Assembly: GCA_045532655.1 (NCBI GenBank)
Contig: JAZSGI010000088.1
Coordinates: forward strand, 1-25,506
Origin: Victivallaceae bacterium
GTDB lineage: Bacteria > Verrucomicrobiota > Lentisphaeria > Victivallales > Victivallaceae
Direction: 5' to 3'
Length of the DNA: 25,506 nt
In this document: piece by piece, positions 8,769 through 17,789 of the stretch
Layout: each line of letters begins with the position of its first letter
Position numbering within the stretch: the first letter of the stretch is position 1
Translations under genes and position numbers: made by a program
Notes under the pieces: generated by a model
Seen by the model: the letters and a program-made list of their open reading frames with translations, nothing else
Databases searched by the model: none
What the model was told of the DNA's origin: nothing

Positions 8769-9965
8769 TCACCCTTTTGCCGGGGGCGGGGTCAAGACTG
8801 CAAGTGTTTCAAGATTCAACGTGCCGGGGAAAAAATCAAAAGCTATGATCTTTTCTGTCCGGCAGCCGTTGGCTTGGCAAAGCTGCAATGCAGGCAGGAT
8901 CTCATCTGCGCCGCAGAACATTATCAGTATTTTCTCCGGACGGCGTGCAATAAGTGTTTCCAGAACACCGGGTGCACAGCCGCCACGGGGTGGATCAAGC
9001 AATATTATCTCCCGCTGCTTTCCGGATGGCGGCAGATTACGGCGCAGAGATTCACGGGTTATAAAGGCTGTTTCGTATTGAAAATCCTTTCCACGGTGGA
9101 TATAAGCACTGTTGGATGCGGCTGCTGCCACTGATTGGGGAGCAGATTCAATACCGATCACCCTGCCCGCTTCACCACCGCAGGAAATCGACCACAAACC
9201 GTAACCGCAGTACAAATCCAGAAAAAGTGTATTACTGTCCAAAGCAGTTTCACGGTTCAATCTTTCCAGAAAAATCGGCAGTATCGACTCGTTGATCTGG
9301 GAAAACGATACGGGAGAATAAAGGAATTTTTTCCCGGCCAGCTTCAACGCCAGATGTTCCGGTCCGTAAAGTTTTTTGAAAGCAACTTTTCCGGAAGGAC
9401 GTTCCGATTCAAGATAATAATCCGATCCTGTTTCGTCAAGATAAATAAAGGCACTCCGGACTTCAGGGATCTCTGCAGCAAGTTTTGCGGCAACAGCTTT
9501 GAGCGCCCGGACTATCCCGCCGGAAAGTTCCCGCATATTGAAAATCACACAGTGCTCTTCGTAAGAGCCCCTGATAATACAGTAATTCATTGCCGCTGCC
9601 AGCTGTCTGTTGCAGGGCATGACAAGCATTTTGTGGACAAAACGGTATATCCTGCCGTGACGTTCCGGTTCCAGCGGTGAAATAAAAACTCTTTCACTGC
9701 CGTGGCGTCTGCCCATGTGCATATAAACATCCCTGCCGCTCACATTTATCCGCCTTTTGCCTGTTGTGCGCCAGTTGCGGGCAAGGGGAGAGTGTACGAC
9801 CGGTTCAATAACTCCGGCAGGAACTGTACCGGCCAGTTCCTGTTCCAGAGCGGCATTTTTCAATGCAATTTCTTCCTGATATCCGACCTCTGCCAGTGCT
9901 TCCGGAGAACGACGATCGATCTTTATTCCGGCATACACCTCCGGGAAACGTTCACTGAATGACAT
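8769..9965 (-). CDS. Class I SAM-dependent RNA (uracil-5-)-methyltransferase, TrmA/RumA family, without an obvious TRAM or Fe-S N-terminus
   Basis: SAM motif LDLYCGYGLWS, DPPRGG, a catalytic-Cys region ILIMFCGADEI and the C-terminal FDFFPGTLNLETLAVL. The ORF-track start at 9971 is a TTG. The ATG at 9965 with GGTGG upstream is preferred. Confidence 0.78.
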   Translation of the reverse strand: MSFSERFPEVYAGIKIDRRSPEALAEVGYQEEIALKNAALEQELAGTVPAGVIEPVVHSPLARNWRTTGKRRINVSGRDVYMHMGRRHGSERVFISPLEPERHGRIYRFVHKMLVMPCNRQLAAAMNYCIIRGSYEEHCVIFNMRELSGGIVRALKAVAAKLAAEIPEVRSAFIYLDETGSDYYLESERPSGKVAFKKLYGPEHLALKLAGKKFLYSPVSFSQINESILPIFLERLNRETALDSNTLFLDLYCGYGLWSISCGGEAGRVIGIESAPQSVAAAASNSAYIHRGKDFQYETAFITRESLRRNLPPSGKQREIILLDPPRGGCAPGVLETLIARRPEKILIMFCGADEILPALQLCQANGCRTEKIIAFDFFPGTLNLETLAVLTPPPAKG

Positions 9966-9989
9966 AGTCAACCACCGTTCCTCTGCCGC

Positions 9990-11171
9990 TTACATATTTT
10001 TCAACAACTGACTGCCAAAGAGCAGGGCACGGGGAGCGTGGAAGAATGTCTTCCATTTGCCGCCTTTCAGCGAATGGGTCACTTCGCCCTGACGGTTGCA
10101 GTAAGCATACCATTCACCATATTCCTTATCAGGGAAATGGCTGAATGAGTAATCGTGAATCTTACAGAACCAATCGGCAAATTTCTCATTGCAAGTGTTT
10201 TTATACGCATGCAATGCCGCAAGTGTTGCTTCGTTATGCACCCACCACAGTTTCATATCATGCTGCAGTTCCAGATGCGGCTTGCCCAAAGCATCCATAA
10301 AATAGAAGATACCGCCGTATTCTTTGTCCCAGCCGAAATCAAGAGTGTTGGAAATTATTGCAGTAATAGCCGCAATTTTATCTTCCGCACCCGGTTTCCC
10401 TGCCAGATAATTAAGCAGGAACCACATTGCTTCCAGTACGTGCCCAGGATTCATCTGTCTGCCGATACTGCTTCCCAGATCAGGCTTATCGCTGTCCACA
10501 GGCATATTTTCAAAGACAAGACCGAATTCGGGAGAATAAAATTTATTCAGCACCATATCCACAGCTGTATCCATGGCAGAGTCGAATTCAGTACTGTTCA
10601 GACACTCTTTCATTATCATCCCCAGATTGGCCATCATCATATAGTGACCGAGGGAAAGATACTGTGTTTTGCCGGCAAGTGATTTGTTCCACTGCAATGC
10701 ACTGTTACCGCTGGAGGCACGGGTAAGGTAATTGTTCATGGCTTCGACAGCTGCTTCGGCATGGAGCTTATTACCGGTGATGCAGTAAAGTTTGGCACTG
10801 CCCATAGCGGCAAAACAATCCGAAAAAAGGCTGTAGGGTGCCATTGCCGGAACACCTTGACGGTTAAGGGCAAAATAATACATGCCGTTTTCGTCTCTGC
10901 CGTGTTTGTAAAGGAAATCAAAACCTTTTCCGGCAATATCCACATAACGGTCGTTTTTGTAACCGGCGAGATACAGCTCGGAAAACATATAAACAATGCG
11001 CCACTGCATCCACATATATTTGGTGGTGTCATAAACAGAACCGTCACGGTCAAGGCTGGTGAAATACCCGCCGTATTCAGTATCTACACAGTTTTTTTCC
11101 CAGAAAGGGATCACTGAAGATATCAATTCATTTTCGTATATTTCTGCATATTTCTTCCAATCAAAAGCCAT
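9990..11171 (-). CDS. AGE-family epimerase/isomerase (N-acylglucosamine 2-epimerase-like)
   Basis: 393 aa with an (alpha/alpha)6-barrel family pattern: IPFWEKNCVDTEYGGYF, WMQWRIVYMFS, HDMKLWWVHNEA, EWYAYCNRQGE, KGGKWKTFFHAPRAL. The start overlaps the upstream gene's 3' end by 11 nt. Confidence 0.78.
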   Translation of the reverse strand: MAFDWKKYAEIYENELISSVIPFWEKNCVDTEYGGYFTSLDRDGSVYDTTKYMWMQWRIVYMFSELYLAGYKNDRYVDIAGKGFDFLYKHGRDENGMYYFALNRQGVPAMAPYSLFSDCFAAMGSAKLYCITGNKLHAEAAVEAMNNYLTRASSGNSALQWNKSLAGKTQYLSLGHYMMMANLGMIMKECLNSTEFDSAMDTAVDMVLNKFYSPEFGLVFENMPVDSDKPDLGSSIGRQMNPGHVLEAMWFLLNYLAGKPGAEDKIAAITAIISNTLDFGWDKEYGGIFYFMDALGKPHLELQHDMKLWWVHNEATLAALHAYKNTCNEKFADWFCKIHDYSFSHFPDKEYGEWYAYCNRQGEVTHSLKGGKWKTFFHAPRALLFGSQLLKNM

Positions 11172-13158
11172 TTTGCCCTCCGAATATTTTTGCTATATTG
11201 GCAATTGTTTTTCTGTCATAATCCTGCAATGTATTTTCCGGCATACCCAATCGTACAGCGACCGCAGGCAGCTTATCAAAATCTGTGACAGCGGCATGAC
11301 GCCGCCGCCGCTGACAGGCATTGGCACGGTAAGAGTTTTCAGCCATTGCCTCTGTTGTCATCTCCTCCAGCGGCCACTTGCGTATCCCGCGCATAAGCTG
11401 AAAAGCGTTCCAACGCAGATGTTCATCAACAGCAAGGGTTTCTTTTCTGTTATTTACAGCAATGAACTCTGCCCAGTTTGCCGCCGGGAACTCATCAACG
11501 GACACCCCCGCCAGCAAAAGCAGATTGCGTACACCGGAAGCAGCCGAACGGTTGCTTTCCCGTGTAGGCATATCAAGTTCCATCCATTGCGGTCCGGCAG
11601 CGGAATCACAGTAAATGACATTCACGGCTTTGGCTCTTTTGTCAAGTTCCTCATCTACAATGATATTCCGGGTATAACATTTATCCATTTCGCCGAAAAA
11701 TACACACTGGTCCAACACCTCCGGGGCAGATGCGTCAGGAGTTTTGCCGGAAAAACGGACAAAGAGTCTGTGCCGTTTCCCATCTTCTTCCACAAGTGGC
11801 ACACCTTTTATCCGTGACAGGTTGATTATCATGGCGGCAGTATCCATATTGACCGCATCAGAATCCATTGCGATGATAATACGGTTCCATTTGCTGAAAT
11901 CTTTTTCAAGCATTTCATAGAAATCACCGCTCTGTACGTCCATTTGCAGAAATTGAATATTATAATCACAGACTGCTTCACTATGTTCTACTGCATACCG
12001 GCTGAAGGATTTTCTGTCGGCATCAACAACAGTCACGCTGAAAACATCCTCCTGATCTTCATGCAGGAATTGCGAATCACAGACGGTTTCCCGCAATAAT
12101 GCCTTGCCGCAAAAGCCGAATCCGATCAAAAGGACATTCATATTTCCCCGGACTTTGCATGTATCCGTATTGATACTCACACCGGGAGCAAGCAGCATTG
12201 GATGATCTTTTACAAGCATTCTTGCAGCAAGGAATTCTTTATTGACAAAATGTATCTCCACCTTTGTATTATTTTTGCCGCTGTCGTTCAGATCATCTTT
12301 GTGTACCATATCTGCCCATGCATTTGTCCAGAAGGTATTTCCTGTATCAGAAACAGCGATATAAAAATCCACCTTGCCGCTGCGCTTTTTTTTCTGCAGT
12401 TCCATCCAGACGCTCTGAGCCTTGCGGATGTTCCAATCATGATCGTCTGTCAGGAAAAAGTGTTCCGGAGCGTTAAGGCATGATTTGTACGAAGCTCCGC
12501 CTTTCCGGAAACACACCATATACCCGGCGGCATTCATATTATCAAGCAGAGCCGCAGGATCGCTGATCATGCTCTCCCGTACAGAAAATATACACTGCCG
12601 CAATGGATCTTCTTTTATAATATCCTTTGCCAGCAGCTTTTCTGCAGCAGTGGGCTCAATACACCAGAAAACGCTTTTTCTGCTGTTATTGAATCCTGCA
12701 AGTAACAACCACCAGCTGTTGATCAATTTTCTGCCGAAAACCGCCATTATAAACGATGCGGCAAAAAGATAGCTTGCAAGGAAAAATATCTGCTTGAACC
12801 AGCTGTAGTCACTTATCTGGGTATCAGCATAATCTCCGCGGGAGGGGAAAAATTCTGCCAGCGCCTGAAATGCCCCCATAAAAGGTCCCCAATCCTCCTT
12901 GTAATAAACCCAACAGCCGATACCGAAAAAACCAATGAACACAACCAGATTCACAAATGTTTTCCGCATAATTCTGTAAAAAGCGAGTACAATTATTCCC
13001 ATTGCCACCAAAAGTGTGACTCCGCAAAAAAGGCTGGAGATCAAACCTTTCATGCAAAACCCTGTAACACAACTCACTGCTGCAAATATCACAAACGCAA
13101 CCCATACGAGCAAATACCTTTTGCAGAGCAAGTCCCGCAGCCCCATGTTTATTTTCAT
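11161..13158 (-). CDS. Multi-TM membrane protein with a degenerate plus a canonical Rossmann (TrkA-N/RCK-like) domain and a C-terminal RyR-like region; function unknown
   Basis: 665 aa. There are 4-5 N-terminal TM helices (res ~14-156), a GxGxxG Rossmann LLIGFGFCGKALL...VTVVDAD, and C-terminal motifs WMELDMPTRESNRSAASGVRNLL and EHLRWNAF...HAAVTDFDKLP...DYDRKT that resemble bacterial RyR-domain proteins. SD GAGGG precedes the ATG at 13158, which overlaps the upstream stop (ATGA). Confidence 0.6.
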   Translation of the reverse strand: MKINMGLRDLLCKRYLLVWVAFVIFAAVSCVTGFCMKGLISSLFCGVTLLVAMGIIVLAFYRIMRKTFVNLVVFIGFFGIGCWVYYKEDWGPFMGAFQALAEFFPSRGDYADTQISDYSWFKQIFFLASYLFAASFIMAVFGRKLINSWWLLLAGFNNSRKSVFWCIEPTAAEKLLAKDIIKEDPLRQCIFSVRESMISDPAALLDNMNAAGYMVCFRKGGASYKSCLNAPEHFFLTDDHDWNIRKAQSVWMELQKKKRSGKVDFYIAVSDTGNTFWTNAWADMVHKDDLNDSGKNNTKVEIHFVNKEFLAARMLVKDHPMLLAPGVSINTDTCKVRGNMNVLLIGFGFCGKALLRETVCDSQFLHEDQEDVFSVTVVDADRKSFSRYAVEHSEAVCDYNIQFLQMDVQSGDFYEMLEKDFSKWNRIIIAMDSDAVNMDTAAMIINLSRIKGVPLVEEDGKRHRLFVRFSGKTPDASAPEVLDQCVFFGEMDKCYTRNIIVDEELDKRAKAVNVIYCDSAAGPQWMELDMPTRESNRSAASGVRNLLLLAGVSVDEFPAANWAEFIAVNNRKETLAVDEHLRWNAFQLMRGIRKWPLEEMTTEAMAENSYRANACQRRRRHAAVTDFDKLPAVAVRLGMPENTLQDYDRKTIANIAKIFGGQNGF

Positions 13159-13463
13159 ATATCCCTCTCTGTATTTCCGGCAGGAATTATGCGGAATCCT
13201 GCTTTGAGGATAAATTTCAGCGTTGCTTCTGCAGTTTTGCGGTCAAATTCCTTTTCCGACTCCGGCAGCTGACCATAGGGCACAAGACACGGATGCTCCT
13301 TGCGTTCATCATTCCGTTCATTGCCGAACTTCCACCCCTGCTCCAAACGGCCCTGCATCCATGTATCGTGGACATTTTCCGCCATTGCCTCTGCCAGCCG
13401 ATCGAGTTCCCTGGGCAGCTGCATATCTTTTACATTATCTGTTTCTGTATTCATATTGATCAC
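13155..13463 (-). CDS. Stand-alone RyR (ryanodine-receptor repeat, PF02026-type) domain protein
   Basis: About 100 aa: LAEAMAENVHDTWMQGRLEQGWKFGNERNDERKEHPCLVPYGQLPESEKEFDRKTAEATLKFILKAGFRI fits the RyR-domain consensus (HxxW...GW.yG...k.hP.lvpy..Lpe.ek..Dr). The ORF-track start at 13463 is a GTG, and an ATG at 13454 is an equally plausible start. Confidence 0.72.
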   Translation of the reverse strand: MINMNTETDNVKDMQLPRELDRLAEAMAENVHDTWMQGRLEQGWKFGNERNDERKEHPCLVPYGQLPESEKEFDRKTAEATLKFILKAGFRIIPAGNTERDI

Positions 13464-13466
13464 TGC

Positions 13467-14135
13467 TCAATTTATATAATTTGTAGCATCAGGTACACCT
13501 GCGGCTCTGAAACCTTCACGGCGCAGGGCACAACTGTCGCAACGGCCGCACGCCCTGCCGGCATCATCTGCACTGTAGCAACTTACGGTCAATCTGTAAT
13601 CGACCCCGAGTTCAGTTCCAATTTTTATGATCTCTGCCTTGGAAAGGTTCTGCAGAGGGGCATCGATATTGAATTCCCACCCCTCGTCGCAGGCACATGT
13701 ACCGAGTCTTGCAGTTTCGGCAAACGACCGGATAAATTCCCTGCGGCAGTCAGGATAACCGGAATAATCTATCTGATTGACTCCGATCATAATATCCCTT
13801 ATACCGCGGCTTTCTGCAAAAGAACAGGCACAGGCAAGGAAAATCATATTTCTGGCAGGGACATAAGTAACCGGTATCCCTTCTCCGCCGGCATCAGGTA
13901 CGGGTATATCATCAGTAAGAGCCGAACCGCCCCAGCAGCGCAGATCCACTTTTAAAATATAATGTTCCTTTACGCCGAGAGCCACTGCAACACGTTTGGC
14001 GGCTTCAAGTTCCGATGAATGACGCTGACCATAGTCAAAACTCAAGGCATAACATTCAAAACCCCGACTCCTGGCAATGGCAAGCACCGTAGCTGAATCA
14101 AGTCCCCCGGACAATAAAACAACACATTTTTTCAT
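13467..14135 (-). CDS. queC: 7-cyano-7-deazaguanine synthase
   Basis: 222 aa with the PP-loop [12 protein letters not shown] and a C-terminal Zn-binding cysteine cluster SCY...[10 protein letters not shown]. Size and layout are canonical. Confidence 0.92.
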   Translation of the reverse strand: MKKCVVLLSGGLDSATVLAIARSRGFECYALSFDYGQRHSSELEAAKRVAVALGVKEHYILKVDLRCWGGSALTDDIPVPDAGGEGIPVTYVPARNMIFLACACSFAESRGIRDIMIGVNQIDYSGYPDCRREFIRSFAETARLGTCACDEGWEFNIDAPLQNLSKAEIIKIGTELGVDYRLTVSCYSADDAGRACGRCDSCALRREGFRAAGVPDATNYIN

Positions 14136-14150
14136 ATTCCCGATTTCCTT

Positions 14151-15803
14151 TCACTTTTTCAACAGCCCGTCGGCATGAAGCAAAGCACTTTCGCCGCCCC
14201 CAAGCATCCTTGCCAATTCCAATTTGCGTCCTTTGCCGTCAAGAGTCTCCACTCTGCTTACTGTGGAATCCTGCGAATACCCTTTGATTACTCTGAAGTG
14301 CCTGTCCGCGCGGACAGATACCTGTGCCAAATGTGAAATGGCTATGATCTGATGCTCCCCGGCAAGAGTACACAAAGTATTTCCAACTCTGTGTGCAGTC
14401 TCGCCGCCGAGATTTGCATCTATTTCGTCAAATATCATAACCGGAGTTGCATCCCGTTCCGCCATGACCCTTTTTATTGCCAGCAGCATACGGGAAAGTT
14501 CACCGGAACTTGCCACAGACCGCAAACTGCGTAATTGCGCTCCCGGATTGGCGGCAAAAAGAATTTCACAATCATCCCCGCCCCCGGCACCCGGCGTACA
14601 GGGGGAAAAACTCATTTCGATTCTGCCGTGTTCAAGTCCGAGATCTGCCATAGCTTCCTGTACCGCTTTGCAAAAGGTCAGAGAAGCCTTACGGCGCAAA
14701 TCCGAAAGTTTTTTGCACTCAGCTTCAAGATCTGCCTGTGCTGCACAGATAAGTTTGTCCTGTTCCCTGATAGTGTTCTCTGCTTCATAAAAAAGTCTGC
14801 ACCTCTTTTCCGCCTCATCCCTTGCTTTAAGCAGCTGATCTATAGACATTCCGTAACGGCGGCGGAGAGCAAAAAGATCACTGCGCCGTTTTTCAAGGGC
14901 GGCAAATGCCTCCTCATCCAGATCGATACCTGCAGCATAATCCTCCACCTCACCGGCAAGTTCCCGGAGTTCATCGGATATCAAAGCACTTTTTTCCAGC
15001 ATTGCTGCTGTACCTTTGCTGTCATTGCGTGCCATCTGTACAAGTGTACGGTAAATATCCCCCATGATATCAGCTGCACCGCCTTCACCGTTTATCATTC
15101 TGCCGATGCTTCCGGCACTTTCCATGATCCACTGTGAATCCGCAGCAAGTCTGTGTCTGGCATCTACATCCTCATCCTCACCCTGTACTGGAGCGATATT
15201 ATCAACGTCCTCCATCAGAGCGGCAAGACGTGAAAACTCTATTCTGTCAGGTATATTTGCCGTTATCCGGGATTTTTCTTCCTCAAGATTTTTAATACGG
15301 TCAGCATACTTGCGGCATGCGGCAAGGAGTTCGCCGGCTCCTGCCCACTTATCAATTATTTCCAGATTACTGACCTTGCCCCCCAGCTGCTGGTGACTGT
15401 TGGCTGTATGGATCTCCACCAGACTGCCGATCACCATTTTAAGCGTGGCAAGGGTCACAAGAGAATCATTGATAAAACACCGGGATCCTGAACGGGTCAT
15501 GATCCTCTTTATATTAACAGTTCCCTCAACAGCGTCAAATGGTATTCCAGACCCATTGCACAGAATGGCAAAATCATCCCGCAATGGGGAGGGTACAGCC
15601 AACTGCCCGGCAATTTCACACCGTGATTCATTGTCCCGCAGAGCATTTAAATCAGCCCTGGTGCCGAAGAGTGTTTCCACCGCTCCCAGCAGCACAGATT
15701 TTCCTGCGCCGGTCTCGCCGGTAATGACATTGAAATGTGGAGAAAATTCCACCATGGCATCCGGGATAAGGGCATAATTACTTATTTTTATCCATAAAAG
15801 CAT
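14151..15803 (-). CDS. recN: DNA repair protein RecN
   Basis: 550 aa with Walker A GETGAGKS, a long central coiled-coil, an SMC signature SSGELSR and Walker B VMIFDEIDANLGG. Confidence 0.93.
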   Translation of the reverse strand: MLLWIKISNYALIPDAMVEFSPHFNVITGETGAGKSVLLGAVETLFGTRADLNALRDNESRCEIAGQLAVPSPLRDDFAILCNGSGIPFDAVEGTVNIKRIMTRSGSRCFINDSLVTLATLKMVIGSLVEIHTANSHQQLGGKVSNLEIIDKWAGAGELLAACRKYADRIKNLEEEKSRITANIPDRIEFSRLAALMEDVDNIAPVQGEDEDVDARHRLAADSQWIMESAGSIGRMINGEGGAADIMGDIYRTLVQMARNDSKGTAAMLEKSALISDELRELAGEVEDYAAGIDLDEEAFAALEKRRSDLFALRRRYGMSIDQLLKARDEAEKRCRLFYEAENTIREQDKLICAAQADLEAECKKLSDLRRKASLTFCKAVQEAMADLGLEHGRIEMSFSPCTPGAGGGDDCEILFAANPGAQLRSLRSVASSGELSRMLLAIKRVMAERDATPVMIFDEIDANLGGETAHRVGNTLCTLAGEHQIIAISHLAQVSVRADRHFRVIKGYSQDSTVSRVETLDGKGRKLELARMLGGGESALLHADGLLKK

Positions 15804-15833
15804 AATATTTTTTCTTTTTTTTCATTATCCGCC

Positions 15834-15862
15834 TTTAAAAATACATCCAGATGTGGTATAAT
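15834..15862 (+). promoter_or_regulatory. Candidate extended -10 promoter for lepB operon (TTTAAA-N17-TGgTATAAT)
   Basis: TATAAT at 15857-15862 is preceded by TG at 15854-15855. A -35-like TTTAAA sits at 15834-15839. The site lies in the 79-bp divergent recN/lepB intergenic region, and an SD GGAGG follows before the ATG at 15883. Confidence 0.45.
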
Positions 15863-15882
15863 ACAAGCGGAGGCAAAAAATA

Positions 15883-16383
15883 ATGATAAAAAAATCTTCA
15901 TTTCTGAACCGATTCTTCAAACCGGAACTCAATGGCTGGTTCTGGATACGTATCGCCGTGATCGCCGTACTTTGTGTGACGGTTTTCGGATTTTTCCTTC
16001 AGCCCTGTGTGATCTCGGGCGAAAGTATGATGCCGACTTACGGCAGTTTCGGCGTGACATTCTGTATCAAAGACAAAAATGCCGGTTTCAAAGCTGATTA
16101 CGGCGATATAGTAATGATCCGTTATCAGCCGAAAACAATGTATTTGAAACGGATCGTCGGCAAACCCGGTGATGTTATCGAATTCATCTCCGGTAAATTG
16201 TACCGCAACGGCAGCGAAGTTTACGAACCCTACGTCACACTGCCATGCACCTGGAACATCCCGGCAGAGACCGTGGGCGAAAATATGCTTTATGCAGTGG
16301 GCGACAACCGCAGTATGCCCTGGGGCAGTCACCGCATGGGGCAGGTCGATATGGAAAGAATAGCAGGCAGACCTTTGTGGTGA
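15883..16383 (+). CDS. lepB: Signal peptidase I
   Basis: 166 aa with an N-terminal TM, the Ser box GESMMPT, the Lys box YLKRIVGKPGD and VGDNRSMPWGS. Confidence 0.85.
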   Translation: MIKKSSFLNRFFKPELNGWFWIRIAVIAVLCVTVFGFFLQPCVISGESMMPTYGSFGVTFCIKDKNAGFKADYGDIVMIRYQPKTMYLKRIVGKPGDVIEFISGKLYRNGSEVYEPYVTLPCTWNIPAETVGENMLYAVGDNRSMPWGSHRMGQVDMERIAGRPLW

Positions 16384-16388
16384 TATAA

Positions 16389-16889
16389 ATGGATACTATT
16401 TCAGCAGAGAACTCTTTTTTTGACGATGCATATTATATGCGCAAAGCTCTTGATCAGGCACAGCTTGCCGCCGATCTCGGCGAAGTCCCAATAGGAGCAG
16501 TTGCCGTGGCAGACGGCATGATAATCGCCCGTGCCCATAATTCAGTGGAAACGCTGAAAGATGCGACGGCACATGCCGAGATCCTCGCTCTCTCCATAGC
16601 AGCAGAGGGCAGGGGTGACTGGCGCATGGAGGATGTAACGATATATGTCACCAAAGAACCCTGTGCGATGTGCGCCGGAGCTATGGTAAATTCCCGGGTC
16701 AAACGTGTGGTATTCGGCATGGCAGACCCCCGTTCCGGAGCGTGCGGTTCAGCGTTGGATATAACCGGATTTCCAGGAATGTTGTGGAAGGTGGAAGTAA
16801 CATCGGGAGTAATGGCGGAAGAATCAGCCGCTATGATACAGGAATTCTTCCGCAAAGTGAGAAAAGAAAAAAAGAAAGGCGGAAATTAA
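16389..16889 (+). CDS. tadA: tRNA adenosine(34) deaminase
   Basis: The CDA zinc motifs HAEILAL and PCAMCAGA. Typical ~160 aa size with a Lys-rich tail. Confidence 0.92.
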   Translation: MDTISAENSFFDDAYYMRKALDQAQLAADLGEVPIGAVAVADGMIIARAHNSVETLKDATAHAEILALSIAAEGRGDWRMEDVTIYVTKEPCAMCAGAMVNSRVKRVVFGMADPRSGACGSALDITGFPGMLWKVEVTSGVMAEESAAMIQEFFRKVRKEKKKGGN

Positions 16890-16892
16890 AAT

Positions 16893-17786
16893 ATGGATAT
16901 CCCGGTAATGACAGCAGATAGCAGCTGGCAGCTGCCCGCAGATTCCCTTCTGGCAGTAATAGGTCATCCAATAGGTCACTCCCTCTCTCCGGTAATGCAT
17001 ACACCTGCCCTTGCTGCGGCAGGAATTGCAGGAGTGTACGGTATAGCAGATGTCCGGACTGAAGAACTGGGCAAGTGGTGTACATTTGCGGCAAAACACC
17101 TGAAAGGATTCAATATCACTGTGCCACATAAAGAGAATATCATCCAATTTCTCGACAAAGTCGATCCCGTTGCCGCTGCAGCCGGCAGTGTCAATACGGT
17201 TCGCGTTGGATCAGACGGCACTCTCTCCGGCACAAGCACTGACGGCGGCGGTTTTCTTGATGCAGCAGCCGAAACACTTGGTTTTTCACCGGCAGGATCG
17301 GTTATTGCAATAGCCGGAGCAGGCGGGGCGGCACGGGGGATAGCATTTGCCTGTGCCGCTGCCGGAGCAAAGGAAATAATGATCTTCAACCGCAGCCGCG
17401 AAAGATCAGGAGCTCTTGCCGCTGATCTGCAGAAACACTTTCCAGGTCTCACAGTCTCCCTGTGGCAGCCGGATGAAGCAGATACTCCGGGGCTTCTGGA
17501 AGCAAGTGAACTTTTTATCCAGGCAACCAGTCTCGGCCTGAAAGCCGATGATCCGCTGCCTGTACCGGCAGGAGCCATCGCCCGCTGCCGGAGAGTGTAT
17601 GATTGTATTTACGGAACGACCCGTGTGTTGCATACGGCACTGGATAACGGCGTACCATGCGCCGATGGTACCCTGATGCTTCTTTATCAGGGAGCAAGAG
17701 CATTTGAATACTGGTTCGGGCAGAAACCGGATGTTGATATTATGAAAAAGTCTCTTGCAGGAGCTCTTGCCGGGAGAGTGGGGTGA
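16893..17786 (+). CDS. aroE: Shikimate dehydrogenase
   Basis: VIGHPIGHSLSPVMH, NITVPHK, NTV, and the Rossmann motif AGAGGAARGIAFA. Confidence 0.88.
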   Translation: MDIPVMTADSSWQLPADSLLAVIGHPIGHSLSPVMHTPALAAAGIAGVYGIADVRTEELGKWCTFAAKHLKGFNITVPHKENIIQFLDKVDPVAAAAGSVNTVRVGSDGTLSGTSTDGGGFLDAAAETLGFSPAGSVIAIAGAGGAARGIAFACAAAGAKEIMIFNRSRERSGALAADLQKHFPGLTVSLWQPDEADTPGLLEASELFIQATSLGLKADDPLPVPAGAIARCRRVYDCIYGTTRVLHTALDNGVPCADGTLMLLYQGARAFEYWFGQKPDVDIMKKSLAGALAGRVG

Positions 17787-17789
17787 GAC

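Noticed and set aside
12386-12393. An A8/T8 homopolymer inside the RyR-membrane gene (also A8 at 1185-1192 in ftsK) could be a phase-variation tract.
   Set aside because: The tracts are short and encode ordinary Lys runs. Both genes are intact, and there is no evidence of length heterogeneity from a single sequence.
13467-14135. QueC next to uncharacterised genes could be a QatC/Dpd-type defence or DNA-modification component.
   Set aside because: The protein has canonical QueC length, PP-loop and Zn-cysteine cluster. No QatA/B/D, DpdA/B or other defence partners are nearby. It is most simply the housekeeping queuosine gene.
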